A stretch of DNA of 56,329 bases from a bacterium (GTDB taxonomy: Bacteria; Bacteroidota; Bacteroidia; Bacteroidales; UBA932): NCBI GenBank assembly GCA_963613775.1, contig CAVEAQ010000001.1, positions 1-56,329 on the forward strand, in the 5' to 3' direction. Positions 1 to 9,345 of the stretch are shown one piece after another. A program made the position numbers and the translations under genes. Under the pieces are notes generated by a model. That model was not told the origin of the DNA, searched no databases, and saw only the letters and a program-made list of their open reading frames with translations. Position 1 is the stretch's first letter. Each line of letters starts with the position of its first letter.

Positions 1-253
1 GCGTGGTCTTACCGCTGGACTCCGGTCCGTATATCTCCACGATGCGCCCTCTCGGGTATCCGCCGATCCCCAGCGCGTGGTCGAGCGCGATGGAACCCGT
101 CGGAATGACCTGCACGTCCCACTTGGGCTGGTCTCCGAGGGTCATTATCGTCCCCTTGCCGTAATCCTTTTCGATCTTGTCGATAGTGGCCTGCAGCGCC
201 TTGAGTTTGGCGGCGTTCACTTCCTGTCCCTGTACTTCAACTTCTTTAGCCAT
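1..253 (-). CDS. recA: Recombinase RecA, N-terminal part (truncated by window edge)
   Basis: Manual translation from ATG at 253: [37 protein letters not shown]...[33 protein letters not shown] (RecA Walker A). Not in the ORF track. Confidence 0.98.
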   Translation of the reverse strand, partial: MAKEVEVQGQEVNAAKLKALQATIDKIEKDYGKGTIMTLGDQPKWDVQVIPTGSIALDHALGIGGYPRGRIVEIYGPESSGKTT

Positions 254-312
254 AAAAAATTCAGTTTTTAATAAGTTTTTCTATAGTCCCGGCGGCACTT
301 CCGCCGTAAGGA

Positions 313-320
313 CAAATATA
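313..320 (-). promoter_or_regulatory. Bacteroidetes -7 promoter box (TATATTTG) for recA
   Basis: Exact TAnnTTTG on the minus strand in the AT-rich divergent spacer, 60 nt upstream of recA. Confidence 0.65.
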
Positions 321-357
321 GGAATAATTCCGGCATTAACTTATAAAAATTTATACT

Positions 358-365
358 TAATTTTG
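358..365 (+). promoter_or_regulatory. -7 promoter box (TAATTTTG) for the rlmN operon
   Basis: Exact TAnnTTTG upstream of rlmN. Confidence 0.6.
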
Positions 366-427
366 TCTTCAATCTCCGCCCGGCGTCCGCAAGCGGGGCC
401 GCATCCGCGGGGAGAGGATATGAAGAT

Positions 428-1459
428 ATGAAGGAGAAACTGTTGGGAATGAGCCTCGAAGAGCTCAGGGAGGCGGCGCAGAGCTGCTCTCTCAAACCGT
501 TTGTAGGCAAGCAGCTCGCCGACTGGCTGTACGTCAAGCGCGTGCGCAGCTGGGACGCGATGGCCAATATCTCCAAGGCTTCGAGGGAAGCTCTCGCCGG
601 ACGCTATGAGCTCGGCATCACGGCCCCGGACGGAAGCCTGCGGTCTTCCGACGGCACGGTGAAGTATCTCTTCCCGGTCAGCTGCTCCTCCGAGAAGCGG
701 GCGATTGAGGCCGTGATGATCCCGGACGGTGAGCGCAAGACATTGTGCGTCAGCTCGCAGTCAGGCTGCAGGATGGGTTGTCACTTCTGTATGACGGGCC
801 GGCAGGGCTACCACGGCAGCCTCGACAGGGCAGACATCCTCAACCAATTCATCAGCATCGACGAATCGGAAGGCCTGACCAACGCCGTGTTCATGGGGAT
901 GGGAGAGCCTCTGGACAACTACGCCGAAGTAAGCGCCGCGATCGGAGTGCTCACCGCCGACTGGGGATTTGCATGGAGCCCCAAGCGCATCACCCTCAGC
1001 ACGGTAGGAGTGATTCCGGTACTGAAGAGATACCTGGACGAGCAGCGCTGCCACCTCGCGGTCAGCCTGCACAATCCCTTCCACGACGAGAGGCTGGAGA
1101 TGATGCCGGTGGAGAAGGCGTGGCCGATAGCCGATGTGGTCGAAATGCTGCGGGGTTACGACTTCAGCGGGCAGAGGAGGGTCAGTTTCGAATACACTAT
1201 GTTCGCCGGATTCAACGATGACAAGCGCCACGCGGACGCGCTGATACGCCTGCTCCGCGGGCTGGAGTGCCGTGTCAACCTTATCCGGTTCCACAAGATC
1301 CCTGATTTCCCGTACGAAAGCTCTTCAGACAGGAAGATGGAGGATTTCCGCGACAGACTCAACAACAACGGAATAATATGCACGATACGAAGCTCAAGGG
1401 GAGAAGACATAATGGCGGCCTGCGGTCTGCTTGCCGGGCAGCGCTCGGAGCAGCTCTGA
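428..1459 (+). CDS. rlmN: 23S rRNA (A2503-C2) methyltransferase RlmN, radical SAM
   Basis: CRMGCHFC (CxxxCxxC), VFMGMGEP, C-terminal RGEDIMAACGLL. Confidence 0.97.
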   Translation: MKEKLLGMSLEELREAAQSCSLKPFVGKQLADWLYVKRVRSWDAMANISKASREALAGRYELGITAPDGSLRSSDGTVKYLFPVSCSSEKRAIEAVMIPDGERKTLCVSSQSGCRMGCHFCMTGRQGYHGSLDRADILNQFISIDESEGLTNAVFMGMGEPLDNYAEVSAAIGVLTADWGFAWSPKRITLSTVGVIPVLKRYLDEQRCHLAVSLHNPFHDERLEMMPVEKAWPIADVVEMLRGYDFSGQRRVSFEYTMFAGFNDDKRHADALIRLLRGLECRVNLIRFHKIPDFPYESSSDRKMEDFRDRLNNNGIICTIRSSRGEDIMAACGLLAGQRSEQL

Positions 1460-3816
1460 TGCTTCTGGCGGGACTTCCCGCCACGGCCCAGGACTACCCC
1501 AACGGCCTGTCGATGGACAGCGTGGACCCCGAGGGGGACGCCGTCTTCATAAAGCAGATACGGATGAGGATGACCCGCATCCGCCGCGAGGAGCACCGCC
1601 CGACGGTAGCTCTCGTCCTCTCCGGCGGCGGCGCCAAGGGGGCTGCCGAGGTCGGTGTGCTCAAGTATCTGGAAGAGATGGAGATGCCGGTGGATATGGT
1701 GCTGGGCACCAGCATCGGCGGGCTGCTCGGCGGGCTCTATTCCGTGGGCTACCGCAGCGAAGACCTGACCGAACTCTTCACCACACAGGACTGGGGGACC
1801 ATACTCTCGGACGCCGTCCCGCAGGACTATATCCCCTATACGACCAAGATGAACCAGGCCAGATACGTGGCCACCATACCCTTCCACAATGCGGAGGAAG
1901 TGCTGGACGAGAGGAGGACGAGACAGCGGGAGTCCCTTGTGAGCTCCCTGCCGTCAGGCTACGCCAACGGTTTTAATATCAACAATCTGCTTTCCAGCCT
2001 TACAGTAGGCTACCACGACAGTCTCGCCTTCCGCGACCTGCCGCTGCCTTATGTCTGCGTGGCCACCGACCTCGTCTCCAACAAGGCCAAGAACTGGGGG
2101 GCCGGGCAGCTCAAGACCGCGATGCGCTCCACGATGTCCATCCCCGGGCTCTTCAATCCGGTGCGTACCGGCGGGATGATACTTGTGGACGGAGGCACGC
2201 GCAACAACTTCCCGGCCGACATCGCCCGGGCGATGGGGGCGGACATAATAATAGGCGTGGAGCTCTCCGACCTCAAGGACGGCTACGACAAGATCAACAA
2301 TATCGGCGACATAGCCTCGCAGTTCATCAATATGCTGGGCAAGGATGCCTTCGACAAGAACGTGGGGATACCGGACGTGCTCATCAAGCCCTCGATTTCC
2401 GAATACAATATGTTGAGCTTCAGCGTGGAAGCCGTGGACACAATGATGCGCCGGGGCTACTCCGCCGCCCAGGCCAGGGAGAGCGAGCTGCTGGCAATCA
2501 AGCGCAGGGTCGGCAATGCCGGCACTGCTGTGCCGGAAGACAGGGCCATAAACCTTGCCGAGAAGGGTGTACAGCTAAGTTACATAGAATTCCGCGGGGT
2601 TTCGGACGAGGAGTCCAGGCTTCTGAGCCGCATGCTGCCTTTCAGCGACGGCGCCGTCATCGACAAGGCCGCCATCGATGATGCGATGTGCACTCTCCAG
2701 GCTACCGGGGCGTTCGCATCGATCACCTATTCCCTGCTCGGCAGCAAGGCCCCGTTCGCATTGGTCTTCGACTGCGTCACGGCTCCGACCCACAGCATCA
2801 GCTTCGGCGTCAGGATGGATACGGTCGAATGGGCCTCGATGATATTCAACCTGGGCCTCAACACCAACAATCTGACCGGTTCGCGGCTCAACATCACCAC
2901 CAAGCTGGGGCAGAACTTCAAGACCGGCATACATTACGCCTACAACATCGCGGGGCTGCCGACCATCAACGTCGAGGGGACGCTGCTCCGCTATAAGGGG
3001 AGCCTCACCTCTTCCGGTGAGGGGATGATGCTCGAGGCACCCCTGTGGGGGCATAGGGAGACCCTGTACCTGACCGATGTGAGATGGTCCAGGGCCAACT
3101 TCAAGCTGGGATTGAAGAACGAATACTACAGCTTCCGCAGCAGTTCCTACCTGGGCGCGATGATCGAGGCGCTGGCAGGCAGGAACGCGCTCAAGGGCGA
3201 CTACATCGGCGCGTTCGCCGAGGGACACTGGTATAGTTTCGACAACCATTACTATCCGGGTAAAGGCTCCAGCGTCTCGCTCACGGCCAACTACGACTTC
3301 CTCCAGGCTGGGGTTCCCACCTTCACCCCGATACTCTCGCTCGGTCTGGATTACAGACAGGTCTTCCCTATCGGGGACAGATTCGCCATCATCCCCGAAC
3401 TGCATTTCCGCGACATAATCAACAACGGCTTCTACACCGACGAATACGGGCTGGAGTTCAGGCAATGGTCCACGATGCACATCAATATAGCCGGGGGCGA
3501 AGTGCCGGGCAGGTATGTCGAGCAGCAGGTGCCGTTCTTCGGCATCAACAACACCGTCCTCGCCGACGACTACCTTGCAAGCGCCGTGCTGGAGCTGCGC
3601 TGGAATCCGTACAAGAAGCTCTTCATCTCGGCTCTGGCCGGAGTGCTGGAGAGCAGCGATGCGCTCGACACATTCATCACTGAATACGATCCCGACTGCA
3701 CGGCTTTCGGACTGGAGATGGGATACAACTTCCTGGGAGGTCCGGTCAAGATGCAGACCCACTGGTCCAAGGCTTACGGCTGGGGCTTCTACGCCTCGAT
3801 AGGATTTGACTTCTAG
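1378..3816 (+). CDS. Patatin-like phospholipase with POTRA-like region and C-terminal beta-barrel (PlpD/type Vd-like); start may be 1459
   Basis: GGGAKG, GTSIG and DGG patatin motifs; signal-like N-terminus; amphipathic strands ending in terminal Phe (IGFDF). Confidence 0.88.
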   Translation: MHDTKLKGRRHNGGLRSACRAALGAALMLLAGLPATAQDYPNGLSMDSVDPEGDAVFIKQIRMRMTRIRREEHRPTVALVLSGGGAKGAAEVGVLKYLEEMEMPVDMVLGTSIGGLLGGLYSVGYRSEDLTELFTTQDWGTILSDAVPQDYIPYTTKMNQARYVATIPFHNAEEVLDERRTRQRESLVSSLPSGYANGFNINNLLSSLTVGYHDSLAFRDLPLPYVCVATDLVSNKAKNWGAGQLKTAMRSTMSIPGLFNPVRTGGMILVDGGTRNNFPADIARAMGADIIIGVELSDLKDGYDKINNIGDIASQFINMLGKDAFDKNVGIPDVLIKPSISEYNMLSFSVEAVDTMMRRGYSAAQARESELLAIKRRVGNAGTAVPEDRAINLAEKGVQLSYIEFRGVSDEESRLLSRMLPFSDGAVIDKAAIDDAMCTLQATGAFASITYSLLGSKAPFALVFDCVTAPTHSISFGVRMDTVEWASMIFNLGLNTNNLTGSRLNITTKLGQNFKTGIHYAYNIAGLPTINVEGTLLRYKGSLTSSGEGMMLEAPLWGHRETLYLTDVRWSRANFKLGLKNEYYSFRSSSYLGAMIEALAGRNALKGDYIGAFAEGHWYSFDNHYYPGKGSSVSLTANYDFLQAGVPTFTPILSLGLDYRQVFPIGDRFAIIPELHFRDIINNGFYTDEYGLEFRQWSTMHINIAGGEVPGRYVEQQVPFFGINNTVLADDYLASAVLELRWNPYKKLFISALAGVLESSDALDTFITEYDPDCTAFGLEMGYNFLGGPVKMQTHWSKAYGWGFYASIGFDF

Positions 3817-3819
3817 AGT

Positions 3820-4287
3820 ATGGACGAGAAGAGCAGGAAAGTCCTTTCAGCTCTCCAGGCACTCTGCGCCAGGAGGGAATACTGCATCGAGGATATGCGG
3901 CGCAAGGCTGTACTGAAGCTGGAGGGCGACTCCGCGGCAGCGGAGGAGCTGCTCTCATCGCTCGTGGAGGACGGATTCATCGACGAGTCGCGCTACTGCG
4001 CGGCCTTCGTCTCCGAGAAGTCGTCTCTCAGCGGCTGGGGGCCGGTCAAGATACGCAGAGCCCTGAGTCTCAAGAAGATTCCGCGCGAAACGATAGAGAC
4101 GGCCCTGGAGGATGCCGACAGCGACAAGGCTGATGCAAAACTCGAGAAGCTGCTCCGCTCCAGGTGGAAGTCTCTCGCTGACGACCCGCAGGGCAAGCTC
4201 AAGCTGCTGCGCTACGCACTCTCGAGAGGCTACGAATACGATCAGATCCGCGCTCTTGCGGACAGCATCACCAGCGAGTCAGCCTGA
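3820..4287 (+). CDS. recX: Regulatory protein RecX
   Basis: CARREYC, GFIDESRY, GWGPVKIRRAL and KLLRYALSRGYEYD match the RecX helical repeats. Confidence 0.93.
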   Translation: MDEKSRKVLSALQALCARREYCIEDMRRKAVLKLEGDSAAAEELLSSLVEDGFIDESRYCAAFVSEKSSLSGWGPVKIRRALSLKKIPRETIETALEDADSDKADAKLEKLLRSRWKSLADDPQGKLKLLRYALSRGYEYDQIRALADSITSESA

Positions 4288-4747
4288 GACGGAACTTGAG
4301 GTTGCGGAAACCCTCCCCTTCCACGATACCTTCCTGCTCAAATCCGAGTTTGCGGTAGGCTTCTCCCCCGTCTTCCTGCGCCGCATCGGCATAGCTCATC
4401 ACATCATCGGGGTGGACTTCATCGATGAAGGCCTGCAGAAGTTTGCTCATCCCGCCCACGACACGCAGTCCGGAAAGAGACGCGTAACGTATCCATTCAT
4501 AAGAACTTATCTTACGGTCACCCTTCTGCCAGCGGCGCGCGTTGGAAAACTCGGCCACCGCTACCAGAGTGCCGGGAGGGCAGACGAACTCCCCCGCTCC
4601 GGTGCTCCTCTCCACGAAGAGACCGTATCGGTAGCGACTTCCGGTGTCGCCCAGACGGTGGTTGGCATTGATGAACCCGGCAGCCGTCGGCCTGTCGATG
4701 CGGCGGACGCTGCAGTTGCGGGCATATATTCCCGGGGACGGGCCCAT
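4268..4747 (-). CDS. Hypothetical protein, GNAT-like (resembles Mom/Hef-associated domain)
   Basis: IYARNC...FINANHRLG, EWIRYAS...VVGGMSKLL, SYAD...AYRKLGF; TAATG coupling to the tdk stop. Confidence 0.7.
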   Translation of the reverse strand: MGPSPGIYARNCSVRRIDRPTAAGFINANHRLGDTGSRYRYGLFVERSTGAGEFVCPPGTLVAVAEFSNARRWQKGDRKISSYEWIRYASLSGLRVVGGMSKLLQAFIDEVHPDDVMSYADAAQEDGGEAYRKLGFEQEGIVEGEGFRNLKFRLRLTRW

Positions 4748-5343
4748 TATTCCGCGGCTTTCTCCGCAGCTTCCCGCTCGGCGGCAAGGGCAGCGTTGTA
4801 GCAGCTGCGGCAGAGCGGCTCATAGACATCCTTCTCACCTAGCAGCACCAGGTCCCTGCTCTTGCTCAGGCGGTGCGAATGATTGGCGAGGCCTCCGCAT
4901 TTGACGCAGATAGCGTGCACCTTCTGCACGTCCTCGGCCACCGCCATCAGTTTCGGGATAGGCCCGAAAGGCACTCCCATATAGTCGGTGTCGAGTCCGG
5001 CCACAATGACCCTGACACCCCTGTCGGCAAGCTTCTGGCACACGTCCACAAGACTCCCGTCGAAGAACTGAGCCTCATCGACCCCCACCACCTGCACCTC
5101 GGGTCCGACTTCCAGCATACGGGCCGGACTGTCGATCGGGGTGGAGATGATCTTGTGGAAGTCGTGTGAGACCACTTCCACATCGGAATAGCGCTTGTCT
5201 ATCCCGGGCTTGAATATGGCTATCTTCTGGTTGGCGAACTGTGCGCGGCGCAGACGGCGGATGAGCTCTTCGGTCTTGCCGGAGAACATTGAGCCGCATA
5301 CGACCTCGATACAGCCCGATTTCTTGTGATTTTCAGAAAACAT
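4747..5343 (-). CDS. tdk: Thymidine kinase
   Basis: [23 protein letters not shown], Zn motifs CVKC and YEPLCRSC. Confidence 0.97.
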   Translation of the reverse strand: MFSENHKKSGCIEVVCGSMFSGKTEELIRRLRRAQFANQKIAIFKPGIDKRYSDVEVVSHDFHKIISTPIDSPARMLEVGPEVQVVGVDEAQFFDGSLVDVCQKLADRGVRVIVAGLDTDYMGVPFGPIPKLMAVAEDVQKVHAICVKCGGLANHSHRLSKSRDLVLLGEKDVYEPLCRSCYNAALAAEREAAEKAAE

Positions 5344-5398
5344 TGCTTAGATTTGTAAGTGCGAATGCAAATATAGCAATAATTGCGTTCCCCGGGAC

Positions 5399-6154
5399 AT
5401 GGGAAAAGGCAGATTGTACATAGTGCCGACGCCGGTCGGGAACCTTGAAGATATGACCCTCAGGGCCATCAGGGTGCTGAAAGAAGCGGATGTAATCCTT
5501 GCGGAGGACACCCGCACCAGCGCTGTGCTGCTCGCGCACTTCGAGATCCGCGGCAAGCTGCTCTCCCATCACAAATTCAACGAGCACAAGACGGTGGAGA
5601 CGATACGGGAGCGCATCCTCGGCGGGGAGACTGTGGCGCTGGTCAGCGATGCCGGCACTCCGGGCATCTCCGACCCCGGCTTTCTGCTCGCGAGGACCTG
5701 CGCCGAGGAAGGGATCGAAGTCAGCACCCTCCCGGGAGCCACGGCCTGCATCCCGGCCATAGTCTCCTCCGGACTGCCCTGCGACCGCTTCTGCTTCGAG
5801 GGCTTCCTGCCGCAGAAGAAGGGGCGCAGCACCCGACTCAACGAACTTACCAACGAGACAAGAACTATGATATTCTACGAATCACCGAGGCGTCTTGTGA
5901 AGACGCTGGAGCAGTTTGCGGAGGTCTTCGGGGCGCAGCGCCCGTGCTGCGTGTCGAGGGAGATCTCCAAACTGCACGAAGAGCACTTCAGGGGCTCGCT
6001 CGAACAGGTCGCGGAGCACTTCCGCGAGCAGGAGCCGAAAGGCGAGATAGTCATCAGCGTGGCGGGACTCCCGGAGGAAGGCCGCCGCGAACACCGCAAC
6101 AAATACAGGATGGAGGGGACGGACAGTGGAGAAGAAGCGGGAGGCGAAGATTAG
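5399..6154 (+). CDS. rsmI: 16S rRNA (C1402-2'-O) methyltransferase RsmI
   Basis: LYIVPTPVGNLEDMT, AEDTR, SDAGTPGISDPG, FYESP, REISKLHEE. Confidence 0.97.
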   Translation: MGKGRLYIVPTPVGNLEDMTLRAIRVLKEADVILAEDTRTSAVLLAHFEIRGKLLSHHKFNEHKTVETIRERILGGETVALVSDAGTPGISDPGFLLARTCAEEGIEVSTLPGATACIPAIVSSGLPCDRFCFEGFLPQKKGRSTRLNELTNETRTMIFYESPRRLVKTLEQFAEVFGAQRPCCVSREISKLHEEHFRGSLEQVAEHFREQEPKGEIVISVAGLPEEGRREHRNKYRMEGTDSGEEAGGED

Positions 6155-7025
6155 CGCCACATTCAAGATCGGAGCGGTTTCGCTCGTATTCCTCATCATA
6201 GGCTATCAGACGGCGGTGTTCGTGCACCGCAGCGCCATTCTGCGCATCGAGGCGGATCGGGACCGGCCGGACACAGTCTACATAGTGGAGCGCGCGCCCG
6301 TCCCGGCGGACGGTTCCGGAGATACGGGCGGTGCAGGGTCCACGGGGAGAAGCGGGAAGACAGATACCGTCAGGCGCAACGCCGCACATAGCGCGCCGGT
6401 ACGCGCAGTCCGCGAGGCGACACGGCGGGTGGAATCGTTCCGTTTCAATCCCAATGAAGTCAGCGTCGAAGACCTGGTGCGCCTGGGTTTCAGCGAGAAG
6501 CAGGCCCAATCCATCGACAACTACCGGCAGAAGGGAGGACGCTTCCGCCGCAAGAGCGACTTCGCTAAGTCCTTCGTTGTCTCAGACTCGGTGTTCCGCC
6601 GGCTTGAGCCGTATATCGAGATCCCTCTCACCGACATCAACCGCGCAGATTCGGCAGCCTTCGATGCCCTGCCGGGGATAGGCCCGTACTTCGCCGCGAA
6701 GATGGTGGAGTACCGCGCCAGGCTCGGCGGCTATTCCTATCCGGAGCAGCTGATGGACATCTATCATTTCGACAAGGAGAAGTTCGATGCTCTCAAGGAT
6801 CTGATATCCTGCTCTCCTCCGAAGCCTTACCGACTGTGGCAGCTCCCGGCGGACAGCCTGCGGCTGCACCCCTACATCGGCGGCTGGAAACAGGCCAGGG
6901 CCATAGTGCTGCTGCGGGAGCACAGCCCCGCAGAGGAGCTCTCGGTGGAAGCCATTAGGCAGGCTGGCATACTCCCCGAAGAAGACTGCGACAAGCTCTC
7001 CCGCTGCTCCCTTGCCGCGCCGTAG
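6126..7025 (+). CDS. Membrane-anchored helix-hairpin-helix (ComEA-like) DNA-binding protein
   Basis: N-terminal TM helix; repeated HhH motifs (FNPN..., DINRAD...LPGIG..., LRLHPYIG). Confidence 0.85.
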   Translation: MEKKREAKISATFKIGAVSLVFLIIGYQTAVFVHRSAILRIEADRDRPDTVYIVERAPVPADGSGDTGGAGSTGRSGKTDTVRRNAAHSAPVRAVREATRRVESFRFNPNEVSVEDLVRLGFSEKQAQSIDNYRQKGGRFRRKSDFAKSFVVSDSVFRRLEPYIEIPLTDINRADSAAFDALPGIGPYFAAKMVEYRARLGGYSYPEQLMDIYHFDKEKFDALKDLISCSPPKPYRLWQLPADSLRLHPYIGGWKQARAIVLLREHSPAEELSVEAIRQAGILPEEDCDKLSRCSLAAP

Positions 7026-7069
7026 ACGAAATTTTGCCGAATTACATTAAGCTATTTTTTAGGAATCAC

Positions 7070-7077
7070 TAACTTTG
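7070..7077 (+). promoter_or_regulatory. -7 box (TAACTTTG), 5 nt before the xerD ATG
   Basis: Exact TAnnTTTG. Confidence 0.7.
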
Positions 7078-7082
7078 CTTCT

Positions 7083-7958
7083 ATGGACGCAGAGAGGACA
7101 CTGAAGGATTATTCCTACTACCTGAAGATTGAGCGGGGGATGTCTCCCAATACCGTTGCCGCTTACTGCCGCGACATCTCGCTCTTTCTGCAGGAGAGCG
7201 GCTGCGACCCCGCCACAGCCGATTCCGATGAGATTGAGACCTATATGGCATCCCGCGCGGAGAAGCTAAGCGCCCGTTCGCAGGCCAGGCTCCTCAGTTC
7301 GCTGCGTTCCCTCTTCGACTGGCTTATACTCGAAGGGGATCGCAAGGACAATCCCTGCGACCGCCTCGACCAGCCTAAGATAGGCCGCTACCTTCCTGAT
7401 GTACTGTCCGTTGATGAAGTCGAAGCCATAATGGAGTCGGTCGATCTCAGGAGCGCCTCCGGGCCGAGGGACAGGGCGATACTCGAAGTTCTCTACGGCT
7501 GCGGGCTGCGCGTCTCGGAGGCCTGCGCACTGCGCATCTCGCACGTCTATCTGGACGAAGCCTTCGTGCGCGTCATCGGCAAGGGCAACAAGGAGCGCAT
7601 CGTCCCGATGGGCGAGATGGCCCGCAGCACATTCGCGGACTACCTTGCGGTGCGGCCCGCGGCTTCCGCTCCGGCCTATGACGACATCGCCTTCCTCAAC
7701 CGCTTCGGCTCCCCGATGAGCAGGGTGGCGATGTTCAACATCGTGAAACGGCAGGCGCTGCTCGCCGGAATCCGCAAGAGCATCTCCCCGCACACTTTCC
7801 GCCACTCGTTCGCGACCCACCTCATCGAGAACGGAGCCGACCTCCGCATTGTGCAGGAGATGCTCGGGCACGAGTCCATCCTGACCACCGAGATCTACAC
7901 CCACATCGATTCCAGCACCTGGCAGGCCGCCATCCTCTCCCACCATCCGAGGAAATAG
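7083..7958 (+). CDS. xerD: Site-specific tyrosine recombinase XerD
   Basis: SPNTVAAY, RDRAILEVLYGCGLRVSE, GKGNKER, HTFRHSFATHL, LGHESILTTEIYTH. Confidence 0.9.
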   Translation: MDAERTLKDYSYYLKIERGMSPNTVAAYCRDISLFLQESGCDPATADSDEIETYMASRAEKLSARSQARLLSSLRSLFDWLILEGDRKDNPCDRLDQPKIGRYLPDVLSVDEVEAIMESVDLRSASGPRDRAILEVLYGCGLRVSEACALRISHVYLDEAFVRVIGKGNKERIVPMGEMARSTFADYLAVRPAASAPAYDDIAFLNRFGSPMSRVAMFNIVKRQALLAGIRKSISPHTFRHSFATHLIENGADLRIVQEMLGHESILTTEIYTHIDSSTWQAAILSHHPRK

Positions 7959-7983
7959 TCATTTCCTTTTCTCTTTTTTTCGC

Positions 7984-7991
7984 TATCTTTG
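7984..7991 (+). promoter_or_regulatory. -7 box (TATCTTTG), 5 nt before the clostripain ATG
   Basis: Exact TAnnTTTG. Confidence 0.7.
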
Positions 7992-7996
7992 CCGGG

Positions 7997-9241
7997 ATGA
8001 AACGCGCTGCGCTGCTCATAATGGCCCTCTTAGTGCTTCTCGCCAGCTCCTGCTCGCGTGAGGAGCAGCCGTACAAGGGTACATTCGACGAAGTATTCAT
8101 CTACTGCGGCCTGGGCTACAACAACCTCAGCTCCGCCCTGGAAGCAGACGTGGAGGAGATGGCAGAAGGCGCAGTGCCGTCCATATCGAGCTCCCGCGCT
8201 GTACTTGCCTACTGCCACAATCTCAGCGAGTCAGGAGGATACTCGATCCCCAATCAGCCGGTGCTGATACGCCTCAGCACCAGGGACGGCCGGATGGTTC
8301 GCGACACCGTCAAATCCTACCCGATCAAGACCGTAAGCGCAACGGCAGACGCAATCGGCACGATGCTCTCCGACATAAAGCGGATGTTTCCGTCCCGACA
8401 CTACGGGATGTTGCTCTCATCCCACGCGACCGGCTGGATACCGCCGGGATACAGGACGGACAGCGAAGGTTCCGACATATCCTTCGCCTCCGCCCCCGCA
8501 GCGGTGGAGCAGAGTGAATACGCAGGCGTATTCCCTGCCACCAAGTCGGTGGGAGCCCAGTACTACGTCAAAGATTCCAGGACATATGCAACGGAAATCG
8601 ACATCAGAGACTTTGCGGCGGCGATTCCGATGCACCTGGACTACCTGATATTCGACGCCTGCCTGATGGGCGGGGCCGAAGTTGCCTGGGAGTTGCAGTC
8701 CGTCTGCGACCGCCTGATATTCTCCCCCACCGAGATCATCACCTACGGAATGGTCTACAGCACGATGCTCGGGCACCTCCTGTCCGGGGATGAGCCTGAC
8801 CTCGAAGCCGTCTGCCGGGAGTATTACGAGTACTACGAAGCCCAGTCGGGGAGCTACAAGTCCGCCAGCATCAGCCTTGTGGACTGCTCCGGCGTAAAGG
8901 CCCTCGCCGAGGTGTTCGCAGAGATAGTGAGCGCTCACAGGGAGGATTTCGACAGTATCAGAAGGACATCCGTGCAGCCATATTTCTACGACGGCAAGAA
9001 GTGGTACTACGACCTGCGCGATGCGGCCCTGCAGGCCGGCGCCACGGATGAGGAACTCTCAAAGATAGACAGCGCCCTAGCAGGCTGCGTGCTCTACCAC
9101 GCGGAGACGGAGAAGTTTTTCAACATCAAGCTCGAGAGGTGCTGCGGGCTCAGCATCTACCTTCCGGACCCTGAGCGTCCGAAACTCAACGCATATTACA
9201 GGACGCTCGGTTGGGACAGCGCCACAGGTTTGGTAAAGTAA
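7997..9241 (+). CDS. Clostripain-family (C11) cysteine peptidase, lipoprotein
   Basis: Lipobox LASSC; catalytic His in SHATGW and Cys in FDACLMG; GLSIYLP. Confidence 0.88.
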   Translation: MKRAALLIMALLVLLASSCSREEQPYKGTFDEVFIYCGLGYNNLSSALEADVEEMAEGAVPSISSSRAVLAYCHNLSESGGYSIPNQPVLIRLSTRDGRMVRDTVKSYPIKTVSATADAIGTMLSDIKRMFPSRHYGMLLSSHATGWIPPGYRTDSEGSDISFASAPAAVEQSEYAGVFPATKSVGAQYYVKDSRTYATEIDIRDFAAAIPMHLDYLIFDACLMGGAEVAWELQSVCDRLIFSPTEIITYGMVYSTMLGHLLSGDEPDLEAVCREYYEYYEAQSGSYKSASISLVDCSGVKALAEVFAEIVSAHREDFDSIRRTSVQPYFYDGKKWYYDLRDAALQAGATDEELSKIDSALAGCVLYHAETEKFFNIKLERCCGLSIYLPDPERPKLNAYYRTLGWDSATGLVK

Positions 9242-9252
9242 ATCCTTTTTGC

Positions 9253-9260
9253 TATCTTTG
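9253..9260 (+). promoter_or_regulatory. -7 box (TATCTTTG) for rplY-pth
   Basis: Exact TAnnTTTG followed by a structured leader. Confidence 0.7.
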
Positions 9261-9345
9261 CGCGCATTTTAAAACCGCGTGTGGTTTTGGTGCAATGGGA
9301 TCTGATTGATTTCAGATTGAGTAACACATTTTATTTTTTTGCAAA

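Noticed and set aside
1378..1459. 82-nt rlmN/patatin overlap as dual coding
   Set aside because: An in-frame ATG at 1459 (TGATG coupling) explains it more simply; the true start cannot be resolved from sequence alone.
7083..7958. Tyrosine recombinase as a possible integrase of a mobile element
   Set aside because: Size and motifs fit chromosomal XerD; flanked by core genes, with no att repeats or cargo.
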